Source: a virus
IMG/VR virus record: IMGVR_UViG_3300018080_008418
Strand: one strand, 5' to 3'
DNA: 64,000 nucleotides
Part shown: positions 18,888 to 28,934 of the stretch, piece after piece
How positions within the stretch are numbered: position 1 is the first letter of the stretch
Layout: every line of letters begins with the position of its first letter
Notes under the pieces: model-generated
Seen by the model: the letters and a program-made list of their open reading frames with translations, nothing else
Told to the model about the DNA's origin: nothing
Databases searched by the model: none
Made by a program: the position numbers and the translations under genes

Positions 18888-20369
18888 TTAAATTATCCAC
18901 CAATTCGATCCATCACTAACAACGAGCATAGTGTCGTAAGCTCCATCGATATATACCACTAATCCATTATCTATAGTTTCACCTCCATTAGCGTCAACAA
19001 TAACTTGATATCCGTCCTCTGTAATCTTTTTGATAGTTATTTGAGCGTTTGCGTTTGATGCAGCAGGAGGAAGCGTGATGGTAAATTCTCCTCCGGAGGT
19101 ATTGCAGAGGACAATATCGCCAGCGACAGCATTATAGTTTGCTGTTTTGGTGGTGACCGTTCCGCCAGTAGGGGCACTATCAACATATGCTTTTGTTGCT
19201 GCATCGGTGCTCGCTGTAGGCGTTGCTAGATTGACAATTTTGTTGTTGCCCAAATCAACATTGCCTGTGGCAGCGCCAAATCCCGACAGGGGTATGTTGG
19301 ACTTGTCTAGCTTGGCATTTGTTATTCCCCCATCTTTAACACGGAGGGTGTCTGAATTTATTTCAATGGTAGAATCATCTACATTGACATCGAAGTCGGT
19401 GCCGTTTTGGCTAAGTCCCTCTCCCGGCGTTAGAGTGGTAGCAGATGAAAATTGAGACCATTCAATATCAGTTGTATCTATCGTGATAGGATCGGGAGTT
19501 GTGATAACCCAGCCAGTTGTTGAATTTGCGGTTCCCTCTTCAACAAACACAAATGTTCCGTTAGTTGCCTCAGAATCTTCATCAAAATCGGTGGCTCTGG
19601 TAAGAATCCAGGGAGTGCCCCCATCTCCAATTTGGCTCACATAATAAACGCCATTTTGGGTGGCGGTATTTTGATTCTTCACTAACACTCTGTCATCAGC
19701 ATCCAAAGATACGCCATCGATGCTGATTGCTCCATTTCCGCTTGCGGTTAAGTCTCCAGCTAAATAGGTGGATGCCAAGTTTGCAGTTGTAGCCACTCTT
19801 GTAGCATCAAGGATGTTTAGTCCAGAGGCCAAGCCATCCACATAAGATTTTGGTGTGGCGTCGGTGTTTGAAGTGGGCGTTGGTAGACCGGTAATTTTGT
19901 TGCCATCGGCATCAATAGGGCCAGCAAGCGTATTCCCAACTGTTCTAGCCTGTTCTAGGCTTACCGAGTGAGGATTGCTGCTGCTGGCTATGTGGGTGTC
20001 AATTTGGGTGTGGGTATTCGACCCTACGTTTTGAATAGCGTTGTGGTCGATGTCGCCTTCGGTGAAATGGACGGTTATATCTGTGGAGTGGTTTTCTAAG
20101 TTTTGTTGAACTGTTGCCGCAGACCCCAAAGCATCAGCACCAACCTGTAGAGCCGTAACATCATGCGGGTTTCCGGTATCGGCGATATGGGCGTCCAGAC
20201 CTTCGCTGTCGCCTCCGTCCCCAGAGACTTGCGATCTATACTTGTCATCTTCAATGGAAAAGGCAGGAAGGTTTTCCGTTCTTTTTAGGATCTTGATTAC
20301 ATCGCCCAGTCCCCGCACCGGTCCTTCTGCCGATCCTTTTCCTGTTCCTGTAACTGATGATGCTCCCAT
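18888..20369 (-). CDS. phage tail fibre protein
   Basis: repeated NPH(D/S)V/NTHTQIDTHI motifs, Gly/Thr/Asn-rich, NKITGLPTPTSNTDATPKSYVD block typical of phage tail fibres. Confidence 0.7.
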   Translation of the reverse strand: MGASSVTGTGKGSAEGPVRGLGDVIKILKRTENLPAFSIEDDKYRSQVSGDGGDSEGLDAHIADTGNPHDVTALQVGADALGSAATVQQNLENHSTDITVHFTEGDIDHNAIQNVGSNTHTQIDTHIASSSNPHSVSLEQARTVGNTLAGPIDADGNKITGLPTPTSNTDATPKSYVDGLASGLNILDATRVATTANLASTYLAGDLTASGNGAISIDGVSLDADDRVLVKNQNTATQNGVYYVSQIGDGGTPWILTRATDFDEDSEATNGTFVFVEEGTANSTTGWVITTPDPITIDTTDIEWSQFSSATTLTPGEGLSQNGTDFDVNVDDSTIEINSDTLRVKDGGITNAKLDKSNIPLSGFGAATGNVDLGNNKIVNLATPTASTDAATKAYVDSAPTGGTVTTKTANYNAVAGDIVLCNTSGGEFTITLPPAASNANAQITIKKITEDGYQVIVDANGGETIDNGLVVYIDGAYDTMLVVSDGSNWWII

Positions 20370-20402
20370 GCCAATATCTAGGATGGTTACTATCTTATTT
20401 TC

Positions 20403-20588
20403 ATGAGAAAGAACTTTATCATTCGATGTCCCAAGTGTCGGTGGTCTAGGATGTCAACCGGCTTATCCGATGACGTGAAAGACTTGAAAGAAGTGCGCCC
20501 GTGTGTGAATTGTGGAAGGCCCAGGGAGTTTCGCTGCCCGAAGTGCGGGAATAACGCCAAGATGATAAGAGTCAGAGGAAACAAATGA
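20403..20588 (+). CDS. zinc-ribbon protein (hypothetical)
   Basis: two CxxC pairs twice (CPKC..CVNC..CPKC). Confidence 0.35.
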   Translation: MRKNFIIRCPKCRWSRMSTGLSDDVKDLKEVRPCVNCGRPREFRCPKCGNNAKMIRVRGNK

Positions 20589-21751
20589 AGTTCATTAAGC
20601 CAAAACCACTCAATCCGGGAGATCACACCAGGATAGAAGAAGAAGAGATTGAGGAGGATGTTTCTTTTAACATCCACAAGTTCACAAACCGTCCCCGTCC
20701 GAAAGATCCTCGTCGCATACTCATTGTTTCTTGTTTTTCGGAGTTTGGGTGTGAAACCGTAGGTGCGCTTTATTGTATTCCTCGCATTTTGCAAGAGTAT
20801 GCAGGGCACTACAGCATCATTATGGGCTGGTATGGCCGACAATACCTGTATCGACATTTGGTGGATGAATTCTGGGAAGTGAAGGAAGAACACCAGCATC
20901 TTCGGGAGTATTGCCGGGCCTTTCACCACGACTCGAAGAACTTGAGGAGGCTGGAGTTCGAGGCTGCTAATTATGGTCGTGTGATGACCTCCCAACATGT
21001 GGGCAAGTTCGCTGTTGCGCATCGCTGTCGGGATTGCAAGTATTGTTGGCATGGAGACGAGGGCTTGCAGTGCGACAACTGCAAAAGCACCAACATTATG
21101 CGGTCGTTGTTCTCGGATGTCCAAGAGGGGAAGAAAGAAAGGGTTCCTCTACCGCCGCCAAGCAGAGAGAAGTTGGAAGAGGCGGATGCCCTGCTGGGAG
21201 AAAATCCTGTGGCTGTCTTTGCTCGTGGCCGCAAATGCTATGGAAGAAATCTTCAACCTGAGTTCTATGTCAAGTTGGTTGGGCTATTGAGACGCAAGGG
21301 TTATTCGCCGATTTGGTTGGGCGAGAAAGCTACAACTCAGCCCTGTCCTGTGGACGATGTGGTTGATTTGACACGCACTGACAAGGCCAGAGATTTCGAG
21401 TTGACTCTAGCGATTGTTTCCCGTTGTCGTTTTACCGTTCAATTCTGGACGGCTTCTACACGTCTAGCAGGCATGATGGGTGTGCCCTACATCTTGTTTG
21501 AGAGTCCGGACCAAATTTGGGGCAATGGTCAGGAGGGGTATCGAAGAAATCTGGTCGATCAAGGCCCCCGCAAGTTGGCCGTGTGCCATTTCAAGAATGT
21601 GTACGAGAACAATGATCGTGGCATTGAGGTTGTTGAGCGGTGTATTGATGAACTAAACGCTGGCAATTATGAAGACTTGTTTGGCATGCTGGAGACCGAT
21701 GTCATTGCTCAACGGATGAAGTATGAAAATGAGCAACGTATAGGAGGGTAG
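20585..21751 (+). CDS. hypothetical protein (tandem paralog A, Cys-cluster)
   Basis: 388 aa; CRDCKYCWH..CDNCKS; N-terminal region alignable with next ORF. Confidence 0.45.
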   Translation: MKFIKPKPLNPGDHTRIEEEEIEEDVSFNIHKFTNRPRPKDPRRILIVSCFSEFGCETVGALYCIPRILQEYAGHYSIIMGWYGRQYLYRHLVDEFWEVKEEHQHLREYCRAFHHDSKNLRRLEFEAANYGRVMTSQHVGKFAVAHRCRDCKYCWHGDEGLQCDNCKSTNIMRSLFSDVQEGKKERVPLPPPSREKLEEADALLGENPVAVFARGRKCYGRNLQPEFYVKLVGLLRRKGYSPIWLGEKATTQPCPVDDVVDLTRTDKARDFELTLAIVSRCRFTVQFWTASTRLAGMMGVPYILFESPDQIWGNGQEGYRRNLVDQGPRKLAVCHFKNVYENNDRGIEVVERCIDELNAGNYEDLFGMLETDVIAQRMKYENEQRIGG

Positions 21752-21752
21752 C

Positions 21753-22895
21753 ATGAATGATGTTCCTTCTTATCTCAAGAGGGCTGCTGAACAAAGCGGG
21801 TTCAAGCGTGCTCGTTACAATGATGCCAATCTTCCATCTCGGCCTGAAGATATTTGCGTAATGGTTTTCTTTGGGGATATGCGATCTGCATTCATCCTCT
21901 CTTCCATCTTGCTGAAGCGGTATCGTGAGCAAATCAAAGGCTCCAAATATTTCATTCTTTGTGGCTGGCCGGGCTATGAGGGGTTGTTTCCTTATGTGGA
22001 TGAATATTGGGGGATCAAAAGCGAAGAGGTGTTGGAGCGATTCCACAAGGGGGCGGTAGGGTTTTACAACATTTCCCAGTCCGAATTTTCATATCGACGG
22101 AAGCTAAATTGGTTTTTTGAGGACGTGGTAGACTTCTCTGTGTTGGAGCCCTACTACGACAACGGTATCACCCAGGAGTTTTGGGAACGGTTTAAGCATG
22201 TAAAGCGCACCTTGCCTTCTATTCCCTCCATCGGTGTCATGGATAAGGGCTTCTTAAACAGTTTGGTGAAAACGGAGGGAGATAAGGCTGTTATTTATCC
22301 GGTGAAGTATGTTCAGCATTTTAGGCATGGTCGCTTGGTTTTCTTGCGAGGCGAGAGGAATTTCTGGTTGGGTCTTGCAGAACGAATGTTGGCCGACAAT
22401 ATCACGCCTGTAGTTTTTCAGGATCATTCGACTTACGATCTTTCCACCACCCTAGCCAATGAATGTCTTTATGTGGCCGAGCAGGATGTGTCCAGGCGGC
22501 TGGGCGTTATGAGGCATGTGGGCTGTGTGGTTGATATTTGTTCTGGCATCTCTAGATTGGCGATTGCGGCTCGCACGCCTTTTGTTTCATGTGATGAGCG
22601 GGCCCGCTATGTGGGCCTTAAAGAATACGAGATTGACGGGCTGTGCTGCGAAAATGCCCTCCCCAGGGAATATATTTTCTCTTTCGCTACTATAATAAAC
22701 CGAGGGACAGAAGGTCTTTGGGAGGTCAACTTCTTTGATAATGTTGTCAACAAATTGAAGAATCTCATCAAAGACATAGATAAAGATGCCCTCCCCTCAA
22801 CATCGGAATGCACCACTGTGGTGCCTTATGAAAATGTCCGCAAAAGAAAAGTGTTGAGACTGGGAACACGGTTTATTAAGGTGAACCAGGATTGA
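21753..22895 (+). CDS. hypothetical protein (tandem paralog B)
   Basis: 380 aa; shares ...W.G...L....VDE(F/Y)W..K.E block with 20585 ORF. Confidence 0.45.
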   Translation: MNDVPSYLKRAAEQSGFKRARYNDANLPSRPEDICVMVFFGDMRSAFILSSILLKRYREQIKGSKYFILCGWPGYEGLFPYVDEYWGIKSEEVLERFHKGAVGFYNISQSEFSYRRKLNWFFEDVVDFSVLEPYYDNGITQEFWERFKHVKRTLPSIPSIGVMDKGFLNSLVKTEGDKAVIYPVKYVQHFRHGRLVFLRGERNFWLGLAERMLADNITPVVFQDHSTYDLSTTLANECLYVAEQDVSRRLGVMRHVGCVVDICSGISRLAIAARTPFVSCDERARYVGLKEYEIDGLCCENALPREYIFSFATIINRGTEGLWEVNFFDNVVNKLKNLIKDIDKDALPSTSECTTVVPYENVRKRKVLRLGTRFIKVNQD

Positions 22896-22908
22896 AAGGA
22901 GAGAGGCA

Positions 22909-23157
22909 ATGGCCAACATGACCCGAGTCCGTGTGGAATTGCGGGAAACCGGAAAGAGCGGTTATTACGACAAGGAAAGACAGTTTAAGGCCATGCATTC
23001 TGCTTTCAAGCGGGCCGTGAATGACGAGGGTATTATTCCTCTCTGGAAGCAAAAACAATTCCACGAGTCCAAGGGAGAGAAACGCCGTCGCAAGAGGAAA
23101 GAGGCGATGCTTAATAGAAGAAAAGAGCAGAATAAACGTAAATACTTGGGAAGGTAA
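22909..23157 (+). CDS. rpsU: ribosomal protein bS21
   Basis: 82 aa basic protein; V.V.......AL..FKR.....G........R..E.P...R..KR pattern of S21; RBS GGAGAGAGG. Confidence 0.6.
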   Translation: MANMTRVRVELRETGKSGYYDKERQFKAMHSAFKRAVNDEGIIPLWKQKQFHESKGEKRRRKRKEAMLNRRKEQNKRKYLGR

Positions 23158-23169
23158 GTAGGAATTGCT

Positions 23170-23463
23170 ATGGCAAAGAAACAACATGAAATAATGAGCC
23201 TCTCGGTAGAGCCGGATATGGTGGAACTATTAAACACTTCTGCCAAGAAGATGGGGTGGTCACGGTCGGAGTTAGTTCGCCGACTTGTCAGGAAGCACCT
23301 GGATCTTCTGGTTAATGAAGATGAAAAGATTCCGGTGATCCTTAGAGTGCCACAGGAGTTGAAGGGGAACGAGGAAGAGTTGCGAGCGTGGTTGGCCCAG
23401 AAGGTAGAGGGAATTACAGCCGCTCTTTGCAAGCCTCCAGTTGATGGCGGCATCTCTTCTTGA
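23170..23463 (+). CDS. ribbon-helix-helix (CopG/Arc-like) DNA-binding protein
   Basis: MGWSRSELVRRLVRKHL RHH signature. Confidence 0.5.
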   Translation: MAKKQHEIMSLSVEPDMVELLNTSAKKMGWSRSELVRRLVRKHLDLLVNEDEKIPVILRVPQELKGNEEELRAWLAQKVEGITAALCKPPVDGGISS

Positions 23464-23494
23464 CGGTATTCGGATACGGAGGTATCCTGCGTTT

Positions 23495-24010
23495 ATGGAA
23501 ATCGTACCTGTTGAACTCATACCGAAAAAAGACTCTATTGAAAATGCCCCCGAAAATGATCTGGTGGGCGTTTTTAAAATTTGCCAGCAGTTGGAGCAGA
23601 TCTGTACGCTGGAGAACGGTATCGGTCTGTCTGCCGTTCAAGTTGGTTTGCCATGGAGGTTGTTCGCCGTTCGGAACGAAGATGGGCTCTATGACTTCTA
23701 TCTGAATTGTGAGTATAAGCCCGCTTCCGGCGCTGAAAAGGTGGTCACGCATGAGGGCTGTCTGTCTTTGAGGGCGGATGATGGATCACTGCGGAGATTT
23801 CGAGTGGAAAGGTGGGACCGAATCATTCTTTCGGGGAAAAGATTGATTACCGAAGGGAAGCTCGCCCTCAATGATTTGGTGGACGTGGAGATTGGTGATA
23901 CATTATATGCTGTGGTTTTTCAACACGAGATCGACCATCAAGAGGGTATCTTGATTTCTGATCTTGGCGAGGAAATGCACATTTGGGACCGCAGTGAGAG
24001 GAAAAGTTAA
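23495..24010 (+). CDS. def: peptide deformylase
   Basis: all three PDF motifs: GIGLSAVQVG, EGCLS, QHEIDHQEG; start taken at internal ATG after GGAGG. Confidence 0.85.
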   Translation: MEIVPVELIPKKDSIENAPENDLVGVFKICQQLEQICTLENGIGLSAVQVGLPWRLFAVRNEDGLYDFYLNCEYKPASGAEKVVTHEGCLSLRADDGSLRRFRVERWDRIILSGKRLITEGKLALNDLVDVEIGDTLYAVVFQHEIDHQEGILISDLGEEMHIWDRSERKS

Positions 24011-24297
24011 TGCTATCGGATAAACACCTGCAAGATGTATGTTTGGCGGGCACAAGAGATCACAGGCAGTGCCGCTATCTAGCACAGGATGATATGGATT
24101 GGCGGAAGTGGTACTGCCACAAGAAGATGGCAGCCAAGAAAAAGAAGATTGATGATACGGTTCGCCAGTATGTCGATAAGTGCAAAAAGGGAGGGCTAGA
24201 TCCACACGCTCAGGGTGTCCCGCTGGGGGACAATTGCAGTGGCTACCCGATTCTTCGGCATATTTCACAGGGCTACGATCAGGATGACGATGATTGA
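24010..24297 (+). CDS. hypothetical protein
   Basis: 95 aa, acidic tail DQDDDD. Confidence 0.35.
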   Translation: MLSDKHLQDVCLAGTRDHRQCRYLAQDDMDWRKWYCHKKMAAKKKKIDDTVRQYVDKCKKGGLDPHAQGVPLGDNCSGYPILRHISQGYDQDDDD

Positions 24298-24806
24298 GAT
24301 TTCATCATGTTGGCAACATGTCCTTGGCTTTTCACCATGAGGTGGTAAACTTCCCCCTCCGCTTTCGTGTTCATTGCCGCCATGAAAATCTGGTCGTTCA
24401 AGTCGGTGTCGTCGTATAGCGCCACTTGTTGAGCCAAAATTTCACTCGCCTCTTTGTTTTGCAGCATCTTCGTGCGGTAGTGGTAGATTAAGAACATAGC
24501 AAAGCCGATAAGTAGCACGCCGCCGATAATGAAGCCGTCACCTATCTTGATGCCACTGTTCTGATCGATGAAGTTTCCTTGTGCCTGCTGGAAGCTTTCG
24601 ATCTTTTCGGCCATGATGGTGTTCTCTTGGCGCAATCTTTGAAGTTCCAAAACGAGGCTGTCTTGGACCGTCTCGATTTCCTCGATGTCGCCCTCTACGC
24701 CTTCGATCCGGTTTCGGTTTTCTGGGCTGAACGGAGATATGTCGGGGCACCCCGGAATGAAGATCAAAAAGGCGACAGCAATGGTAGCAAGAAGCATCCG
24801 TTTCAT
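24279..24806 (-). CDS. lipoprotein with coiled coil and C-terminal TM
   Basis: MKRMLLATIAVAFLIFIPGC lipobox; start trimmed to internal Met. Confidence 0.45.
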   Translation of the reverse strand: MKRMLLATIAVAFLIFIPGCPDISPFSPENRNRIEGVEGDIEEIETVQDSLVLELQRLRQENTIMAEKIESFQQAQGNFIDQNSGIKIGDGFIIGGVLLIGFAMFLIYHYRTKMLQNKEASEILAQQVALYDDTDLNDQIFMAAMNTKAEGEVYHLMVKSQGHVANMMKSQSSSS

Positions 24807-25048
24807 GTTTCCCCCTTTGCAAATGCAATTTGTGGCACAGGCTGCCACATTACTATTAAAATGTTAATATGGGCAGGCCAATGTTTCTACAAGTATGTAT
24901 TGACGTGCTCGCAGAAATATCCTATTATGCCCAATCGATGATTGGGAAGGTTGGCACGATTTGTGCATTTCTCTGGTAGAAAGGAGACCTGAATGAGTTG
25001 GGTGTAGTGTGATGCAAAATCACGGCCATCAATCGAAAGGAGGACCAG

Positions 25049-25528
25049 ATGGCAGTAGCTTTGCAAGAGCGAGACTTGGATAAAGGCATGCTTGCGGACG
25101 GATACGAAGAGCATGCGATTGAAGATGTTAGCGAAGAGTTGGTCCCCGAGGATATTGACAAGGAGTATCTCGATCAATTCCTCTGGGACGCCGCAGTGTA
25201 TGCCCAGGTGTGCATCGACAAATTCTTCGAGGGGAAAGAAATGTATGGTGGCGGACCCATTCCCCACCGGCTGCTCAGTGCCCCTCGCTACTTGTCGTTG
25301 GTTCTTAATGCCGACATGGATGCCATCCCATACGCATATGCGGCCATGAAAAAAGCAGGACACCCTACAACGCAAAAGGTGTCGAAGTTGGCCACCGTGC
25401 CGAGGGATGTGAAGTTGATTATTTCCATCCTGAACCACTGTTACATTTTGGGCGTGCCTCAAAAGTTCGTCTACGGCATGATGTTAATGTATTTGGAGAT
25501 TTGCGAAGGGGTTTCGATCATTGACTGA
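25049..25528 (+). CDS. hypothetical protein
   Basis: 159 aa ORF. Confidence 0.4.
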   Translation: MAVALQERDLDKGMLADGYEEHAIEDVSEELVPEDIDKEYLDQFLWDAAVYAQVCIDKFFEGKEMYGGGPIPHRLLSAPRYLSLVLNADMDAIPYAYAAMKKAGHPTTQKVSKLATVPRDVKLIISILNHCYILGVPQKFVYGMMLMYLEICEGVSIID

Positions 25529-25841
25529 TCCTGAGTGGGAGTTTGTATCCGGCAAAATATTCGATACGGAGCTACCAAAGGAGAAACGCTTCCTGTGGAA
25601 ATACTTCACCACAGACATGCAACGTTTGTTTGTGAAGTATTACTTGACCTACGGAAGTTACACTCGCTTTACGGAGCATACGGGCTGTTATTGCAGCAAG
25701 CGCTGGATACGACACCTTAAAAGAAAGCTCCAGAAAATACTCGCAACCCACGAGGAGGCCAAGCAAGCAGCCCGATCTGGCGATTTTGAAACTCTCGCCA
25801 ACATCGAGTCGGGAAAACACAACTTTGGGAAAATATCCTGA
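25521..25841 (+). CDS. hypothetical protein
   Basis: 106 aa ORF, 4-nt overlap coupling. Confidence 0.4.
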   Translation: MTDPEWEFVSGKIFDTELPKEKRFLWKYFTTDMQRLFVKYYLTYGSYTRFTEHTGCYCSKRWIRHLKRKLQKILATHEEAKQAARSGDFETLANIESGKHNFGKIS

Positions 25842-25843
25842 AA

Positions 25844-25874
25844 GCCCACCCGGCGTGCCGGGTGGGCTTTTCTT
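25844..25874 (+). terminator. rho-independent terminator
   Basis: GCCCACCCGGCG-TGCCGGGTGGGC + TTTTCTT. Confidence 0.65.
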
Positions 25875-25916
25875 GTTGAGTTGCTATATATTGTTGATTA
25901 CAATGTAGGAGGCAGT

Positions 25917-26117
25917 ATGGCTTTAATGAGTTATAAAGATTGGAAGCTGCTGCAAGGCGAATCAAGTGCTTTTACTCGCACGAGGAATGCTGCGGCCAAG
26001 GGTCTTGGTCCGAAGATTCCTGCGGCGTCTGTTCACAGCCGAAGCACTGGCAGCCCATTGGAGACATGCAAGATTGCTGGCAGGTGCAGCAAGAAAAAGA
26101 AAAAGAAAAAGAAGTGA
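25917..26117 (+). CDS. small protein with poly-Lys C-terminus (hypothetical)
   Basis: RBS AGGAGG; ends ...CSKKKKKKKK encoded by (AAGAAA)n tract. Confidence 0.3.
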   Translation: MALMSYKDWKLLQGESSAFTRTRNAAAKGLGPKIPAASVHSRSTGSPLETCKIAGRCSKKKKKKKK

Positions 26118-26121
26118 TCTT

Positions 26122-26607
26122 ATGCCAAGTCCGACTCTCGATTTTTCGCAGTTGGTAAATGACATTAGGATAAAAGCGAAGAAACGCCAACCACGGCAAG
26201 AAGCCGCTGAGGTGGATGCTGGGATAATCGAAGAGTTGCATGGCCAGATAAAAGTCCTACCTGTTGTTGAACGCACCTTTCTTGTGGCGTTGGCCATTCA
26301 TAGCAATCCGGACAAAAACGTTGCTACTCGTTTAACCAGCCACGGCACGCCCATATGTGGGTGTGGATACGACTGTGTGAATGATTACTATGGGGTGAAT
26401 TGTCTTGACCACCTCAATCTCGGTGCTGTTCCCATTGCCTTCAAGTTGTCGATAGAGGGCAACAGTAGGTGGGAGCCTTTTGTGCCAATTCCCGAATGCG
26501 TCATCATGCATTATCTTGCGCCCGAGCAGAAGATTGACTTGGAGTCATTCAAAGCCGTGTATGACGCCGAAGAAATATGTATTGAATTTTTGCAGATGAT
26601 AGAGTAA
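26122..26607 (+). CDS. hypothetical protein
   Basis: internal Met start after stop of previous ORF. Confidence 0.4.
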   Translation: MPSPTLDFSQLVNDIRIKAKKRQPRQEAAEVDAGIIEELHGQIKVLPVVERTFLVALAIHSNPDKNVATRLTSHGTPICGCGYDCVNDYYGVNCLDHLNLGAVPIAFKLSIEGNSRWEPFVPIPECVIMHYLAPEQKIDLESFKAVYDAEEICIEFLQMIE

Positions 26608-27137
26608 TGTTAAACTTCATCACGCCCTTTGGCATTGAGAGAGATCGTGAAAAGTTCATCCGTTCCGTGAACCGCAAGGCGGGCAAGGGGAATTGGTTTT
26701 GGGTTTTCCGGGTCGGCAAGAAACTGTATTCCTATGAATTGGGAATGCAACTATATGAGGATGCCTATTGGGTGCTCCTAAGGAAGAGAACGGATCTTCT
26801 GAAGGAAGTGATGGACCATTTCGATGTGTATGTGATAAATCGGCATGACTTGGATTCGGGCCTATCCTACAAGAAGCAGGAACACCCGTATAACGAGCAT
26901 TATGCCGACATTGCTGTTAGACGTTGTTTGCGAAGGTATGGAACTTGGTTTCGAGGGAAGGAACTGATGCCCCTGAAGGGCACATCTCTGGATGACAGGG
27001 AGGTTCCGTTTCACCTGCCTCATTTGGTGAGCAATCCCGAGAAATCAGCCAGATCGTGGTTGGAATCCAACCGTTTGATAGTTGTTGCTAAAACAATAGA
27101 AGATGAAGCGAAACTAGCAGAGGTGTTAGTACGATGA
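26607..27137 (+). CDS. hypothetical protein
   Basis: 176 aa. Confidence 0.4.
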   Translation: MLNFITPFGIERDREKFIRSVNRKAGKGNWFWVFRVGKKLYSYELGMQLYEDAYWVLLRKRTDLLKEVMDHFDVYVINRHDLDSGLSYKKQEHPYNEHYADIAVRRCLRRYGTWFRGKELMPLKGTSLDDREVPFHLPHLVSNPEKSARSWLESNRLIVVAKTIEDEAKLAEVLVR

Positions 27138-27682
27138 CAAAGGATAAAGTGCCGCCACGCCCCACTCCCGACCGGGATAAGAAATACATGGGTCTAGCGT
27201 TTATGTACGCCGCCCTTTCTAAAGATCCTAGAACCCAACACGGGGCGCAGATCGTAACACCAGAAAACGATCCGCTCGGTTGGGGCTACAATGGTCCGCC
27301 CAAGCAAATGGACGACGAAGATCTGAATTGGGATCGGCCAGACAAATATCCTTACATGGTGCATTCTGAGCCCAATGCCATTTCTCATTCCGACAAGGAG
27401 AAGCTGGAGGGTTCCATCATGTATGTGACCGGCAAGCCCTGTGCAAAATGCATGTTGGATATTGTTCGAGCGGGCATCAAGGAAGTAGTCTATTACGAAG
27501 ACGAGTCGCATCACGATTCCAACTCCATGTGCGTCAACCCAGAGCACATGGACACAACCGAGGACATTGCCGAGCGAGGCGGGGTAAAGATGCGGGCCTA
27601 CAGCGGCGACCTAGATTGGTTGCGGGATCGGGTTGCAGTCTTAGAAGGGTTCGGTGTTTTCTCATGTCGTTCGTTAAAGTGA
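27134..27682 (+). CDS. dCMP (deoxycytidylate) deaminase
   Basis: HSEPNAI and PCAKCMLDIVRAGIKEVVY zinc-binding CDA motifs. Confidence 0.75.
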   Translation: MTKDKVPPRPTPDRDKKYMGLAFMYAALSKDPRTQHGAQIVTPENDPLGWGYNGPPKQMDDEDLNWDRPDKYPYMVHSEPNAISHSDKEKLEGSIMYVTGKPCAKCMLDIVRAGIKEVVYYEDESHHDSNSMCVNPEHMDTTEDIAERGGVKMRAYSGDLDWLRDRVAVLEGFGVFSCRSLK

Positions 27683-27882
27683 AGGCCGATAGCGGATACC
27701 GTTTTAGCAAGCCCACGTTGGTCTGGCTTAACACCAGATATATAACCGACGTGTCTTTGGAGCGCCTGGAAGGCGGTAAGAAGCGATTGAAGGTGTACTA
27801 CAGCCCTGGCACCAATCATTACGTGTATCTCACTGGCCGGAATGCCCAACTAGTGATCGACGCAATGGAAGCTCAAATCTAG
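27664..27882 (+). CDS. hypothetical protein
   Basis: internal Met of ORF 27448..27882; N-terminal part overlaps dCMP deaminase. Confidence 0.3.
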   Translation: MSFVKVKADSGYRFSKPTLVWLNTRYITDVSLERLEGGKKRLKVYYSPGTNHYVYLTGRNAQLVIDAMEAQI

Positions 27883-27892
27883 GAACAGAAGC

Positions 27893-28099
27893 ATGTACGT
27901 TTTGTTGAGAGGCTACTATTCACTGGAGTCGGATAGCCCCTTTCAGGTTTTTGCCAATCTGATCCAGATTCAAAATGTCAAGTTTTGGATCAGGAAGGAA
28001 GAGCCTGTGGCCATGGTTCAGTTTCGTGGCGATTCGTTCTTCGTTCGTGGGGCCGAAGATGTCCAAGAATTACAAGATCGCCTGAAATCTGAGATTTGA
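27893..28099 (+). CDS. hypothetical protein
   Basis: 68 aa. Confidence 0.35.
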   Translation: MYVLLRGYYSLESDSPFQVFANLIQIQNVKFWIRKEEPVAMVQFRGDSFFVRGAEDVQELQDRLKSEI

Positions 28100-28917
28100 T
28101 TCCGGTTGCTCTATATACCTGCATGAGCATTCAAGGTGTAAGCACAGGCGTAGCCAACAACTGGTCAATCAGCGAATCTTGCCCCAATGTCTTGGGGTGC
28201 AAGGCCAACGAGTGTCCTGACTTCGTTATTAAGCGTCACGACACTAAGCCCTCATTCAAGGTAGCGGTCGAGGACTGTGACGGTCCATTTGATTTGACCG
28301 ATACTACTCTAATCACAGAAGTCAACATGTGGGCGACCGGAAAGTTGCGTAAAGCAATTGATGCAGATGTCACTTATTTCCAGCTTGCCGACAACATAGG
28401 CTTTGACCAGATCATGGTCGGCGACATTATTGTGATGGATCAGGTGCGTGCGCCTGAGCATATGTTGGTCACCAATTTTGACGAGGTGAACAGCTTTGTG
28501 CAGGTGCAGCGAGCGTACAATGGGACTCTTCCCAGGGCGTGGTCCAAAGGCGCTGCCATGAGGATTTTTCGTGTGATGAACGCCCCTGCCGAGTACGAGA
28601 CCGTTTATGATGATGTTCTCCAGGCAGATGGTTCGACACTTCAAGACCAGCTTATGCAAAGCTTTCTTGTTTATGAGTGGACGGACAATGATACTTGCTT
28701 GCCGGGCTGTTACCTGCTAGAATTCAAGTTGTTAAAGATGCAGTCCGAAGAGGAACTTACACTTTCCATTCAACAGAATACAGTTCCCAGTTGGTCGCCG
28801 TCTACGGTTGATTATGGTTGTGCCAAGGGGGCGGGCGTAGAATGGATTCGCAGGTTCCCCGCAGACAAAGAAGGGTTTTTAATACAAGTGGTAAACTCTC
28901 CTACTGCGGAGATGTAA
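28096..28917 (+). CDS. hypothetical protein
   Basis: 273 aa. Confidence 0.45.
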   Translation: MIPVALYTCMSIQGVSTGVANNWSISESCPNVLGCKANECPDFVIKRHDTKPSFKVAVEDCDGPFDLTDTTLITEVNMWATGKLRKAIDADVTYFQLADNIGFDQIMVGDIIVMDQVRAPEHMLVTNFDEVNSFVQVQRAYNGTLPRAWSKGAAMRIFRVMNAPAEYETVYDDVLQADGSTLQDQLMQSFLVYEWTDNDTCLPGCYLLEFKLLKMQSEEELTLSIQQNTVPSWSPSTVDYGCAKGAGVEWIRRFPADKEGFLIQVVNSPTAEM

Positions 28918-28934
28918 TTCACAGGTAGATTCAT

